NCBI GenBank assembly: GCA_040767195.1
Contig: JAXGPA010000002.1
Span: forward strand, 160,001 to 224,000
Direction of reading: 5' to 3'
DNA length: 64,000 bases
DNA from: Syntrophales bacterium
Lineage (GTDB): Bacteria > Desulfobacterota > Syntrophia > Syntrophales > UBA6807
Part shown: one piece after another, positions 1-8,732 of the stretch
Position numbering within the stretch: position 1 is the first letter of the stretch
Layout: each line of letters starts with the position of its first letter
Notes under the pieces: generated by a model
Databases searched by the model: none
Seen by the model: only the letters and a program-made list of their open reading frames with translations
Told to the model about the DNA's origin: nothing
Made by a program: the position numbers and the translations under genes

Positions 1-561
1 AAGACGGCTGCAGGCGAAAAAATCCCCCCGGATCAGGTCGGGATCCACGTTACCGAGCTCCTCCGCAAGGCCGGGCCCGAATTTCTCCCGGTTTTCCCGG
101 GCAAAGGAGAACTTGGCGATGAAGCCCAGGGTGGCGGCCCGGTTCGTCCGGATGCCCTCGATGATCTGGGGGTTCACGGGCATGGTCGCCCCGCCCCCGA
201 CGGGAACGATGGCGAGAAGCCTTTCACCCCACCGAAGAGCGAAGGTGAGGCTGATGGCCGCCCCGAGAGAATGGCCTACCAGAATGGGTTTTTCCAGCCC
301 CGCGGTGTCGAGGATTTTCCGCACCCACAGGGCATAGGCCTCCACGGATTCTTCCCCCGGCCCGCCGGAGTCCCCATGACCGGGGAGATCGATCCCGGCC
401 ACGTTGAATTCCTCATCCAGAAAACCATACTGGTGGTCCCAGAGGTGATGATCGCACCCTGACCCGTGGATGAAAAAAATGGTTTTCCGCCCTTTCCGCC
501 ATCCACCGTCGTTCACCCGGAGGGCGATTCGGCGGCCGTCGATCTCGAGGGTTCGTATCAC
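1..561 (-). CDS. Alpha/beta-fold hydrolase (partial, runs off the window start)
   Basis: Not in the ORF track; translated manually. GTG at 561 with GGAGG SD gives MIRTLEIDGRRIALRV...FFIHGSG...GIDLPGHGDS...ILVGHSLGAAI. Contains the HG oxyanion motif, DLPGHG and the GxSxG nucleophile elbow. Confidence 0.85.
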   Translation of the reverse strand, partial: MIRTLEIDGRRIALRVNDGGWRKGRKTIFFIHGSGCDHHLWDHQYGFLDEEFNVAGIDLPGHGDSGGPGEESVEAYALWVRKILDTAGLEKPILVGHSLGAAISLTFALRWGERLLAIVPVGGGATMPVNPQIIEGIRTNRAATLGFIAKFSFARENREKFGPGLAEELGNVDPDLIRGDFFACSRL

Positions 562-581
562 GGTACCTCCATTTCCTTTTT

Positions 582-2282
582 TCAGCTTTTCTTTCTCCGG
601 GCCATCTCCTCCGCCTTCAGCTCCTTTCGCAGGACCTTCCCCACCGTCGACTTGGGAAGCTCCGTGCGGAACTCGATTTCCGCGGGCAGCTTGTATGTCG
701 CCAGCCTGCTCTTGGCGAAGGCCATGAATTCCTCCACCGTCCCCTCCTCACCCTCTTTCAGAACGAGGAAGAGCTTGACGTTCTCGCCTCTCTTGGGATC
801 GGGAATCCCGATGGAACAGGCCTCCTGCACCTTGGGATGCTCGTAGAAGATTTCGTCGATTTCCCGGGGGTAGACGTTGAAGCCGCCGGAAATGATCATG
901 TCCTTCTTCCGGTCGACGATGTAGAAATAGCCGTCTTCGTCCATGGTGGCGATGTCGCCGGTGTAGCACCAGCCGTCCCGGAGCGTGTTCGCCGTCTCTT
1001 CCGGCCTGTTCAGGTACCCCTTCATGACCTGGGGGCCCTTGACGATGAGTTCGCCGCTTGAGCCTGCCGGCATGTCCTTCGTTCCCTCCTCCAGGTCGAC
1101 GATCCGGCAGAGGGTGTCCGAGATGGGAAGCCCGACGCTTCCCACCTTGCGGGCCCCGCCGGCGAAGGGGTTCACATGGGTCACCGGGGTCGTCTCGGTC
1201 ATCCCGAACCCTTCCACGATGACGGCGCCGGTCATCTTCTCGAAATCGTGGATCACCTCGACGGGCAGGGGCGCGCTCCCGGAAAAGGCCCCCCGGATGC
1301 AGCTCATGTCCGTTTTTTTCAGGTCCGGGTGATTGAGCATCCCGATGTACATGGTGGGCACGAGCGGCGCGAAGGTGGGACGGAACTTCCGGATGGCCTC
1401 GAGAAGGGGTTCCGGCTGCGGCCTCGGAACGAGGACCTGGCTCCACCCCATGTGGACGGAGAAATTCATGGAGACGGACATGCCGAAGACATGGAAGTAA
1501 GGGAGCGCCCCCAGCATGATCTGCATTTCATCGTGAAAACTGGGAAACCACGCCCTGGCCTGCTGGCACTGGCAGCTCAGGTTGGCGTGGGTCAGCATGA
1601 CGCCCTTGGAAACGCCCGTGGTCCCCCCGGTGTACTGGTACATGGCCACGTCCCGAAAACCCAACTTAACTTTCGGCGGGTTCGGCGGGTACTTTTCGAG
1701 GCAGGCCTTCCAGCGGTAGACATCCGGGGCCGGCTTCACGTCCGCCGCGAGTTTTTTCTTTTTCGCCACCAGGGGGAAAAGAAGGCTCTTGGGAAAGGGA
1801 AGGTAGTCACCGATGGAGGTGTAAACGATCTGTTTAATTTTTGTTTTCGGCCTCAAGTCGATCATCCGGTTCCCCAGGAGATCGAGGGTCACGAGAACCC
1901 TGGACCCCGAGTCGTTGAACTGGTGCTCCAGTTCCCGATCGGAATACAGGGGGTTGTTCATGACCGTCACCGCCCCGAGCTTCAGGACGGCGTAGTAGGC
2001 CACGACGCAGGGAATGAGGTTGGGCAGCACAATGGCCACGGCGTCCCCCTGGCGGACACCGAAGTCGGCCAGGCAGGCGGCAAAGCGGTCCACCATGTCC
2101 TTCATCTGCCGGTAACTGACCCGGTACCCCTGAAAGATCAGGGCGTCCCGGTCGGGGTAGCGCCCGGCGGTCCGGTCCAGGATGTCCGGCATGGTGATCT
2201 CTTCGTAGTCAATGTGCTCGGGCACCCCTTTTTCGTAAGATTTGAGCCAGGGTTTGCCCTGGTAAACCGATTCTTCCACCAT
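582..2282 (-). CDS. fadD: Long-chain fatty acid--CoA ligase (AMP-binding, FadD-like)
   Basis: QYTGGTTGVSKG AMP-binding motif, EGFGMTE, YTGDIA...IVDRKKDMIISGGFNVYPREI and PKSTVGKVLR. Likely start is MVEES at 2282, after a G/A-rich SD. Confidence 0.9.
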   Translation of the reverse strand: MVEESVYQGKPWLKSYEKGVPEHIDYEEITMPDILDRTAGRYPDRDALIFQGYRVSYRQMKDMVDRFAACLADFGVRQGDAVAIVLPNLIPCVVAYYAVLKLGAVTVMNNPLYSDRELEHQFNDSGSRVLVTLDLLGNRMIDLRPKTKIKQIVYTSIGDYLPFPKSLLFPLVAKKKKLAADVKPAPDVYRWKACLEKYPPNPPKVKLGFRDVAMYQYTGGTTGVSKGVMLTHANLSCQCQQARAWFPSFHDEMQIMLGALPYFHVFGMSVSMNFSVHMGWSQVLVPRPQPEPLLEAIRKFRPTFAPLVPTMYIGMLNHPDLKKTDMSCIRGAFSGSAPLPVEVIHDFEKMTGAVIVEGFGMTETTPVTHVNPFAGGARKVGSVGLPISDTLCRIVDLEEGTKDMPAGSSGELIVKGPQVMKGYLNRPEETANTLRDGWCYTGDIATMDEDGYFYIVDRKKDMIISGGFNVYPREIDEIFYEHPKVQEACSIGIPDPKRGENVKLFLVLKEGEEGTVEEFMAFAKSRLATYKLPAEIEFRTELPKSTVGKVLRKELKAEEMARRKKS

Positions 2283-2574
2283 GTTTTCACCCCTCCCTTT
2301 CATGTCCGATCATAACCCGGCGACGCTCTCCCGGGGATGTCTCCCCTTTCGCGCCGTCGAAAGCGCCCCGCGGCAAACGGGGCTGAACTCCCATCAGGTG
2401 CATCATACAGGAGAGACAGGAAAAAAAGCAACAGACGAAACGTCAAAAGCGGGAGGACCGGGACGGCGAAAAAACGGCCTCTCCGGAGGCACCCGCCGTT
2501 CCCCTGACGGTTTCCGTCATCGGGGCTGAAAGAAAGCTTTCACATCCCAGGGCATGCGCCCTGCCGGGCGCACC

Positions 2575-2609
2575 AAAAAAAAGCGCCCGGGTTTTCACAC
2601 CGGGCGCTT
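2575..2609 (-). terminator. Intrinsic terminator downstream of fadL
   Basis: AAGCGCCCGG...CCGGGCGCTT stem followed by a T-run on the minus strand. Confidence 0.7.
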
Positions 2610-2651
2610 CTCTTGCTTTCTGTCTGTGCGGATTTTCTAAGTCCCGCGACG

Positions 2652-4040
2652 TTAGAACTTGTAGTTCAGGGTGAGGCCCCAGGACCAGAGGTAACCGTCG
2701 GCGCTGAAGCTGACCTTCGGGTGGGTGCCGCCCGAGGCGTAGGCTTCGTTCAGGGTTTCACTCTCGCCGCCGATGATTCTCTTGCTGTCCACCATGAGAT
2801 ACTGGACAACGCCGTCGATGGAGAAGTTGCCGAAATTGAGTCCAAGACCGAGAGCGAAGGTGTGCTTGTCCGCGTCGGGCCACTGAAGGTCCATGGTCTC
2901 ATCGGGAATGGGGGAGGGATCATAGAAATAGGACCCCCGGAGGGTGATCATGTCGGTCGCCTGCCACTCGGCGCCGAACCGGAACGAGGTCGTGTTGTTC
3001 CAGTTCCTGGCGAAGTATTCCGATGTCTTCGCCGGGTTCATCGGCCCGAGGGCGGGCGCGTTCAGGAACGGCTGTGAGAACTCGACGGAGTAGCCGTCGA
3101 TGATGGACCAGTGGGTCCACACGATGTCGGCTTCCAGGGAAAGCTGCTCGAAGGGCAGGAAGCGGACACCGAACTGGATCTGCTCGGGGTGGTCCAGTTC
3201 CATCTTGGCGTCCACGGTGGTGTTGGAAAGGGCAACGGTAAAAGGATGCCCGGTCGACGGGTCTATCACCGTCAGACTGCTCGTCGGGTTGAGAAGCCCC
3301 GTCGTCCCTTCGAATTTCGTCTCCGTCCGTCCCCGGTAGGTGAGGCCGAAGGACAGGTTGTCATAGGGCCGGTAAAGGAGCCCCACGTTGGCGGACCAGT
3401 TCACGTCGTCCTCCAGGTCCGTTTTCACGTTCTGGTTGTTCAGGCTCGTCCCCGGGGCGAAGATGATGCGGTCCACGCCGCTCTTGGATTTCCCGATGGA
3501 CACGCCGACGCCCAGGGACAGGCAGTCGGAGAGCTTGTAGGCGATGGTGGGGGTAACCACTTCCCGCATGTACCAGGAGTGGTAGGAATCGTAGACCCCC
3601 AGGTTATCCATTCCCGGGTGATCGTTCCACTTGATGTCGAGGCCGTAGGGAACGTACACGGCGACACCGGCGGAGAACCGGTCGGAAATGGGCATGGCGA
3701 ACCCGGCGTGAGGCACGACCAGGGTCGAGGACCGGTCGTTGAAATCGATGGGCCCCAAGTCACCCATGACGGTGCCCTTCACCTCGTAACCGTAAACCCG
3801 GAGCTTCGGTTTGACGAACTGGGACCCCACGGAAAAGGTGGCGCTGTCGATCTGGGTCAACCCGGCCGGGTTGTAGTAGGCGGCGAAGGGGTCGTCGGCA
3901 TAGGCGGCGAAGGCCCCACCGAGGGCCGTGGCCTTGGCCCCGATGCCGAAGGTGTCGACGTTCCCCGCCGCGGCGGGCCCTGAAAGACCCAGGGCCAGAA
4001 CAAAGACGGCAACGGTCAATACTGCAAATCTCTTCCACAT
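2652..4040 (-). CDS. fadL: FadL/TodX/OmpP1-family outer-membrane hydrophobic-compound (long-chain fatty acid) transporter
   Basis: Signal peptide, GGAFAAYADDPFAAYYNPAGL (NPA hatch motif), beta-barrel pattern and C-terminal YKF. Confidence 0.88.
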   Translation of the reverse strand: MWKRFAVLTVAVFVLALGLSGPAAAGNVDTFGIGAKATALGGAFAAYADDPFAAYYNPAGLTQIDSATFSVGSQFVKPKLRVYGYEVKGTVMGDLGPIDFNDRSSTLVVPHAGFAMPISDRFSAGVAVYVPYGLDIKWNDHPGMDNLGVYDSYHSWYMREVVTPTIAYKLSDCLSLGVGVSIGKSKSGVDRIIFAPGTSLNNQNVKTDLEDDVNWSANVGLLYRPYDNLSFGLTYRGRTETKFEGTTGLLNPTSSLTVIDPSTGHPFTVALSNTTVDAKMELDHPEQIQFGVRFLPFEQLSLEADIVWTHWSIIDGYSVEFSQPFLNAPALGPMNPAKTSEYFARNWNNTTSFRFGAEWQATDMITLRGSYFYDPSPIPDETMDLQWPDADKHTFALGLGLNFGNFSIDGVVQYLMVDSKRIIGGESETLNEAYASGGTHPKVSFSADGYLWSWGLTLNYKF

Positions 4041-4315
4041 AAACCTCTCATCCCCCTTTCAGAATTTAGAAATATGGTTCTATTACGGCTCCCGACCGGC
4101 CGGATTCTCCTCTTTCCGCCGTCGAGGACTTCCCTAAACCTTTCTTTTTTCCCGGTGATCCCCCCTTTTGAAAATGATGGACTAGAAAACAGTGAATTGA
4201 GATTACCGTTATTTTTTGAATTTTTCAAGCTCTATTTCTTCAGAAAATCGCTCCTTCATGACGGGCGTCGAGACCCGTCGGAATCCTGCCCTTAAGACCG
4301 GAGAAAGACCGTGAT

Positions 4316-4500
4316 TCATACCAGATAGAGCTTTTCCGCTTCCTGGAAGTCGGGACGCGCGATGGCGACGATCGCCTCGATCCGGGGCTTGTTCTCGCTT
4401 AAGTCCACGACCCGTTTCCTGCCGTGACAGGCCGCCGTGGACGTGAAATCGTTGGCCGTCCCGAAGCTGAAACAGCCGGCGTTGTCTCCAGGTGGGACGG
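4316..4500 (-). pseudogene. Relic of an acetyl-CoA hydrolase/transferase-family (4-hydroxybutyrate/butyryl-CoA transferase type) gene
   Basis: GCFSFGTANDFTSTAACH resembles the N-domain motif of this family. VVDLSENKPRIEAIVAIARPDFQEAEKLYLV resembles its extreme C-terminus (IAHPDFR-type). The middle of the protein is missing. Confidence 0.55.
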
Positions 4501-4543
4501 ACGGCCCCTCCCCTACGGAACGGCCCCCATGCGCCGTAATAAC

Positions 4544-4585
4544 AAAGAAAGCCCCCGGGGTCCCAGAGAACCTTCCGGGGGCTTT
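4544..4585 (-). terminator. Intrinsic terminator of the acs-etfBA-oxidoreductase operon
   Basis: AAAGCCCCCGG...CCGGGGGCTTT stem, 31 nt past the stop at 4617, followed by TTTCTTTGTT on the minus strand. Confidence 0.7.
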
Positions 4586-4616
4586 GCTCAAATCCGAAAA
4601 GGACCCGCTTGAGAGG

Positions 4617-6770
4617 TTACGCCTCCGCCGCTTTTTCCTCTTCCTTGGTTTCGTCTTCCTTGGTTTCCTCTTCCTTGGGAGGCTCCTCCAGATCCATGGC
4701 CGTCCAGACGATTTCCGCGATGTCCAGGGACTCCATGGACTCTTCCTTGTTGTGCGCCTTGATCCCGTCGGAGATCATGGTCAGGCAGAAGGGACAGCCG
4801 ACGGCGACTTTTTCCGCACCGGCATCGATGGCCTGCTTGGCCCGCGCGTCGTTGATCCGGTCGCCGTGCTCTTCCATCCACATCCGCGCGCCGCCGGCGC
4901 CGCAGCAGAAGCTTTTCTCCATCTTCCGCTCCATCTCCACGAGACGGAGGCCGGGAACGGCCGACAGGGCCTTCCGGGGCTGGTCGTACACGTTGTTGTA
5001 CCGGCCGAGGAAACACGAATCGTGGTACGTGAAGGTTCCCGGGACGGTCTTCTTCATTCGGATCTTGCCCTGGGAGATCAACTGGGCCAGGATTTCCGTG
5101 TGGTGATAGACTTCGTAGTTACCGCCGAAGTGGGGGTAATCCTTCTTCAGGGCATTGTAACCGTGGGGGCAGGTACAGATGACTTTCTTCACCCCGTAGG
5201 TGTTCATCACCTCGATGTTCGCCTGGGCCATGGCCTGGTAGAGATACTCGTTTCCACCCCGCATGGCCGAGTCGCCGCAGCAGCTCTCCTCCGTCCCGAG
5301 GATGCCGAAGCTGACGCCCGCCGCCTGGAGGATTTTCGCGAAGGCCACGGAGACCTTCTTGCCCCGGTCGTCGAAGGACCCCGCACAGCCGACGTAGAAG
5401 AGGTATTCCACGTTCGGATCTTCCGCCAGGGTCTTGATGCCCAGTTCCTTCGCCCAGTCGCCCCGCAGGTGGGCGCCGATTCCCCAGGGGTTGGAGTTGT
5501 TTTCCATGTTCCGGAAGGTAAGCTGGAGTTCGGGGGCGAAGTCGGCTTCCATGAGGACCTTGTACTGCCGCATGCCGACGATCTTCGGCACGTGCTCGAT
5601 GGCCACCGGGCAGTTCTCCATGCAGTACATGCAGTTCGTGCAGGCCCACAGCTCGTCGAGGTCGATGACCTCTCCCACGAGGGCCTTTTCCGGCTCGGGA
5701 ATTTCCGGCTCCTGGCCGGACTTCTTCGCCGCCTGCTTGGCCGCGACGACGATGGGGGCCCGCTCAAGCCAGTGGGTCTTGATGTCCTGAACAATCTTCT
5801 TCGGAGACAAGGGTTTCCCTGTCAGGTAGGCAGGACAGCCGTCCTGGCAGCGCCCGCACCGGGTACAGGCGTCGGAGTCGAAAATCTGCTTCCAGGTGAA
5901 TTCTTCCAGTTTCGACACGCCGAAGGATTCGGCGTTCTCGAAATCCCGGATGGGCTCGAGGGTCCCCGTGGGCTTCAGGTTCGCCATGTACAGATTCGCC
6001 GGTGTCGTGATGATGTGAACAAGCCTGGAGAAAGGAATGTAAGCGATGAACCCGAGGGCGAGAAACGCGTGGCCCCACCAGAGAATTTTGTGCAGTGTCC
6101 GTGTTGTGTCATAGCCGATGCCTGTCATGGTCTTTGAGAGCAGGTAGCCGGCGAAGGACCACGTTTCCCAGGTAAACCCGTCCACGTTGTAATTCACGTG
6201 GATCCGAAGGGCTTCGACGATGAATCCGGTGACGATGATGCCGCCGATGAGAACGAGAACGATGGCGTCCTCGGGCCTGTTGTCAGGTGTCCCCTTGTAG
6301 CCGAGGCGGTCTGGCTTCTCGACGTACCGGCGGATGAGCGCCATGACGACGCCGACCAGCACGGCCAGCCCGAAGACCTCCATGGTCAGGGAGAACCAGA
6401 GGTAGAAGCTCCCGTGAAAGAAGGGAAGACCGAAGTGAAACTGGGTCGCGTCAATGGCGGCTCCCCAGATCAGGACGAAGAACCCGAAAAAGATCAGGCC
6501 GTGCATGATGCCGGGATAGGGATCTTTAGAGGTCTTGAGCTGAAGGAGACCGTTCAGGAGGAGGAGCTTGACCCGCTCCCCCACAGAGTCGTTCCTGTTT
6601 TCCGGCATGCCGATGGCTGTCCACATCTGCCAGCGTCTGTAAAGACCATAGGCGAATATGGCCAGGGCAACGGCTGTGAAGGCAAACAGGATCAGTTCAT
6701 AGGGGGCGTTCCAGAAGACTTCCCTTCCTTCATTGCCCACCGCGTATACGTGTTCAGCACCGTGCGCCAT
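4617..6770 (-). CDS. Membrane-bound FeS oxidoreductase (NarI-like membrane domain, two 4Fe-4S motifs, two CCG domains; DUF224 / ETF:quinone oxidoreductase type)
   Basis: N-terminal TM helices with His ligands, CTRCGRCQDGCP and CTNCMYCMENCP, CCG domains (ESCCG; YHDSC...FCCGAGG...GCPFC). Lies directly after etfBA. Start MAHG at 6770 with GGAGG. Confidence 0.88.
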   Translation of the reverse strand: MAHGAEHVYAVGNEGREVFWNAPYELILFAFTAVALAIFAYGLYRRWQMWTAIGMPENRNDSVGERVKLLLLNGLLQLKTSKDPYPGIMHGLIFFGFFVLIWGAAIDATQFHFGLPFFHGSFYLWFSLTMEVFGLAVLVGVVMALIRRYVEKPDRLGYKGTPDNRPEDAIVLVLIGGIIVTGFIVEALRIHVNYNVDGFTWETWSFAGYLLSKTMTGIGYDTTRTLHKILWWGHAFLALGFIAYIPFSRLVHIITTPANLYMANLKPTGTLEPIRDFENAESFGVSKLEEFTWKQIFDSDACTRCGRCQDGCPAYLTGKPLSPKKIVQDIKTHWLERAPIVVAAKQAAKKSGQEPEIPEPEKALVGEVIDLDELWACTNCMYCMENCPVAIEHVPKIVGMRQYKVLMEADFAPELQLTFRNMENNSNPWGIGAHLRGDWAKELGIKTLAEDPNVEYLFYVGCAGSFDDRGKKVSVAFAKILQAAGVSFGILGTEESCCGDSAMRGGNEYLYQAMAQANIEVMNTYGVKKVICTCPHGYNALKKDYPHFGGNYEVYHHTEILAQLISQGKIRMKKTVPGTFTYHDSCFLGRYNNVYDQPRKALSAVPGLRLVEMERKMEKSFCCGAGGARMWMEEHGDRINDARAKQAIDAGAEKVAVGCPFCLTMISDGIKAHNKEESMESLDIAEIVWTAMDLEEPPKEEETKEDETKEEEKAAEA

Positions 6771-6868
6771 AATGCCTCCAATCAATATATAAAAATGGTG
6801 TTTCTTATATTTTCATGATGAAAATTCGGGGGCGGTCAGAGCCCCACCCCCGAATTCCTTTCTGTGTG

Positions 6869-7846
6869 TCAGCTGAGAATCTTCTTCGCCTCTTTGGTCA
6901 CCTCGGGGACGACCTTGAAGAGGTCATCCACGATGCCATAATCCGCCTTCTGGAAAATGGGGGCATCGGGATCCTTGTTGATGGCCACGATGTACTTGGA
7001 TGAGCTCATCCCGGCGAGATGCTGAATGGCCCCGGAAATACCGCAGGCGATGTAGAGGTTCGGGGAGACGACCTTTCCGGTCTGTCCCACCTGGTCCGAC
7101 TGGGGCCGCCATCCGGCGTCCACGGCCGCCCTGGAGGCGCCTACCGTGGCTCCGAGAACCCCGGCCAGTTCTTCCAGGATGTTGTAATTCTCCGGACCCT
7201 TCATTCCCCGGCCGCCGGACACGATGATCTCGGCTTCCGTGAGGTCCACCTTGCCGCTCGTGTCCTTCTGGACTTCCAGGACCTTCGCCTTGACGTCGCC
7301 GTCGGAGACACCGGCGTCGAATTTCTCGACCGCCGCGCTCTTCGGGTTTTCCGCCACGGGGAACACGTTCGGCCTCAGGGCCGCCATCTGGGGATCCGTG
7401 GCGATGACCACATCACCGAAGCACTTCCCGGCGTACATGGGGCGCTTGCCCACGAGCCGGCCGTTCTCGATGCTGAGTTCCACGCAGTCGGAAGCCATGC
7501 CCGTGGCCAGTTTCCCCACCAGGCGGGTGGACAGGTCCTTCCCGAGAACCGACCAGGACAGGAGAAGGATCGCCGGATCTTTTTCCTTGACGATCTTCGC
7601 CACCGCGTTGGCATACGAATCGGTCTGGTACTGGGCGAACACCGGGGCGTCGGCCACGTACACCTTGTCGACGCCGTACTTTCCCAGTTCCGCCGCCGCA
7701 CCTTCAATACCGGAACCCAGAAGAACCGCACAGACTTCATCGCCGAGCTCGTCGGCAAGTTTTCTCGCCGCGCTGGCGCACTCGAAGCTGACCTTCCGAA
7801 GGGCTCCGTCTCTCTGTTCCGCTACAAACCATACACCTTTTGCCAT
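6869..7846 (-). CDS. etfA: Electron transfer flavoprotein alpha subunit
   Basis: VSGGRG, GASRAAVDAGW, QVGQTGKVVSP and GISGAIQHLAGM motifs. Confidence 0.95.
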   Translation of the reverse strand: MAKGVWFVAEQRDGALRKVSFECASAARKLADELGDEVCAVLLGSGIEGAAAELGKYGVDKVYVADAPVFAQYQTDSYANAVAKIVKEKDPAILLLSWSVLGKDLSTRLVGKLATGMASDCVELSIENGRLVGKRPMYAGKCFGDVVIATDPQMAALRPNVFPVAENPKSAAVEKFDAGVSDGDVKAKVLEVQKDTSGKVDLTEAEIIVSGGRGMKGPENYNILEELAGVLGATVGASRAAVDAGWRPQSDQVGQTGKVVSPNLYIACGISGAIQHLAGMSSSKYIVAINKDPDAPIFQKADYGIVDDLFKVVPEVTKEAKKILS

Positions 7847-7865
7847 GATTATCCTCCTCCCTTCG

Positions 7866-8630
7866 TTAGATTACCTTCGCTTCTTCGCGAAGGAGCTTGA
7901 CGAGCTCCGCAGCTTTCGCCGCGGGGTCATCCCCCTGGAGAATCTTTCCGGGGGGTCTCGCGGGAGGCGGCATCATCTTGGCGACTTTCGCCTTGAAATC
8001 GGCGCTGACACCGAGATCGGCCGCTTTCTTCACGTCTACGGGTTTCTTCTTCGCTTTCATGATCCCCGGAAGAGACGCGTACCGGGGCTCGTTCAGGCCC
8101 TTCTGAGCGGTGACGACGCAGGGCATGGGGGCTTCGATGACAAGCTGGGCGCCCTCGATGGGCTTCACCACCTTGATCTTTCCGTCCGCCACTTCCAGTT
8201 TCGTGACGATGGTCACCTGGGGAAGCCCGAGGAGTTCCGCCAGGATGGAGCCCACCTGGCCGGAGTCGTCGTCGATGGCCCTCTGGCCGCAGAAGATGAT
8301 GTCAAAGGGAACATCCTTGACCGCCGCCGCCAGGGCCGCCGCCGTGGCATAGGCATCAGCGTTGTCGAGATCGGTTACATGGATTCCCTTTTCGGCGCCC
8401 ATGGCGAGCCCCGTTCGAATGGTCTCCATGACCCGGGCGGGACCGACGGAAACCACCGTCACGTCGCCGCCGGCCTTTTCCTTGAGCCGAAGGGCCTCTT
8501 CCACGCCGAACTCGTCGTAGGGATTCATGACCCACTTGATTCCGCCTTCCTCGATCCCCGATCCGTCCCCTTTTACCTTGATCTGGGCTTCCGTGTCAGG
8601 TACCTGCTTCACACATGCGATTAAATTCAC
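7866..8630 (-). CDS. etfB: Electron transfer flavoprotein beta subunit
   Basis: ACVKQVPD, NPYDEFGVEEAL, GQRAIDDDSGQV and NEPRYASLPGIMKAKKK. GTG start at 8630 after GGAGG. Confidence 0.95.
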   Translation of the reverse strand: MNLIACVKQVPDTEAQIKVKGDGSGIEEGGIKWVMNPYDEFGVEEALRLKEKAGGDVTVVSVGPARVMETIRTGLAMGAEKGIHVTDLDNADAYATAAALAAAVKDVPFDIIFCGQRAIDDDSGQVGSILAELLGLPQVTIVTKLEVADGKIKVVKPIEGAQLVIEAPMPCVVTAQKGLNEPRYASLPGIMKAKKKPVDVKKAADLGVSADFKAKVAKMMPPPARPPGKILQGDDPAAKAAELVKLLREEAKVI

Positions 8631-8732
8631 AGCAACCTCCTTTCCCAGGGGAATCCCGGCGCGGCCTTCGAGGGCCGCGCCGGTCATTCCGCCACTTTGA
8701 TTTTTAATTTTCTTTCCTGATGAAAAACTTCT

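Noticed and set aside
4636..4680. 15-bp tandem repeat encoding KEEET-KEDET-KEEE at the oxidoreductase C-terminus
   Set aside because: A short acidic low-complexity tail with no evidence of phase variation.
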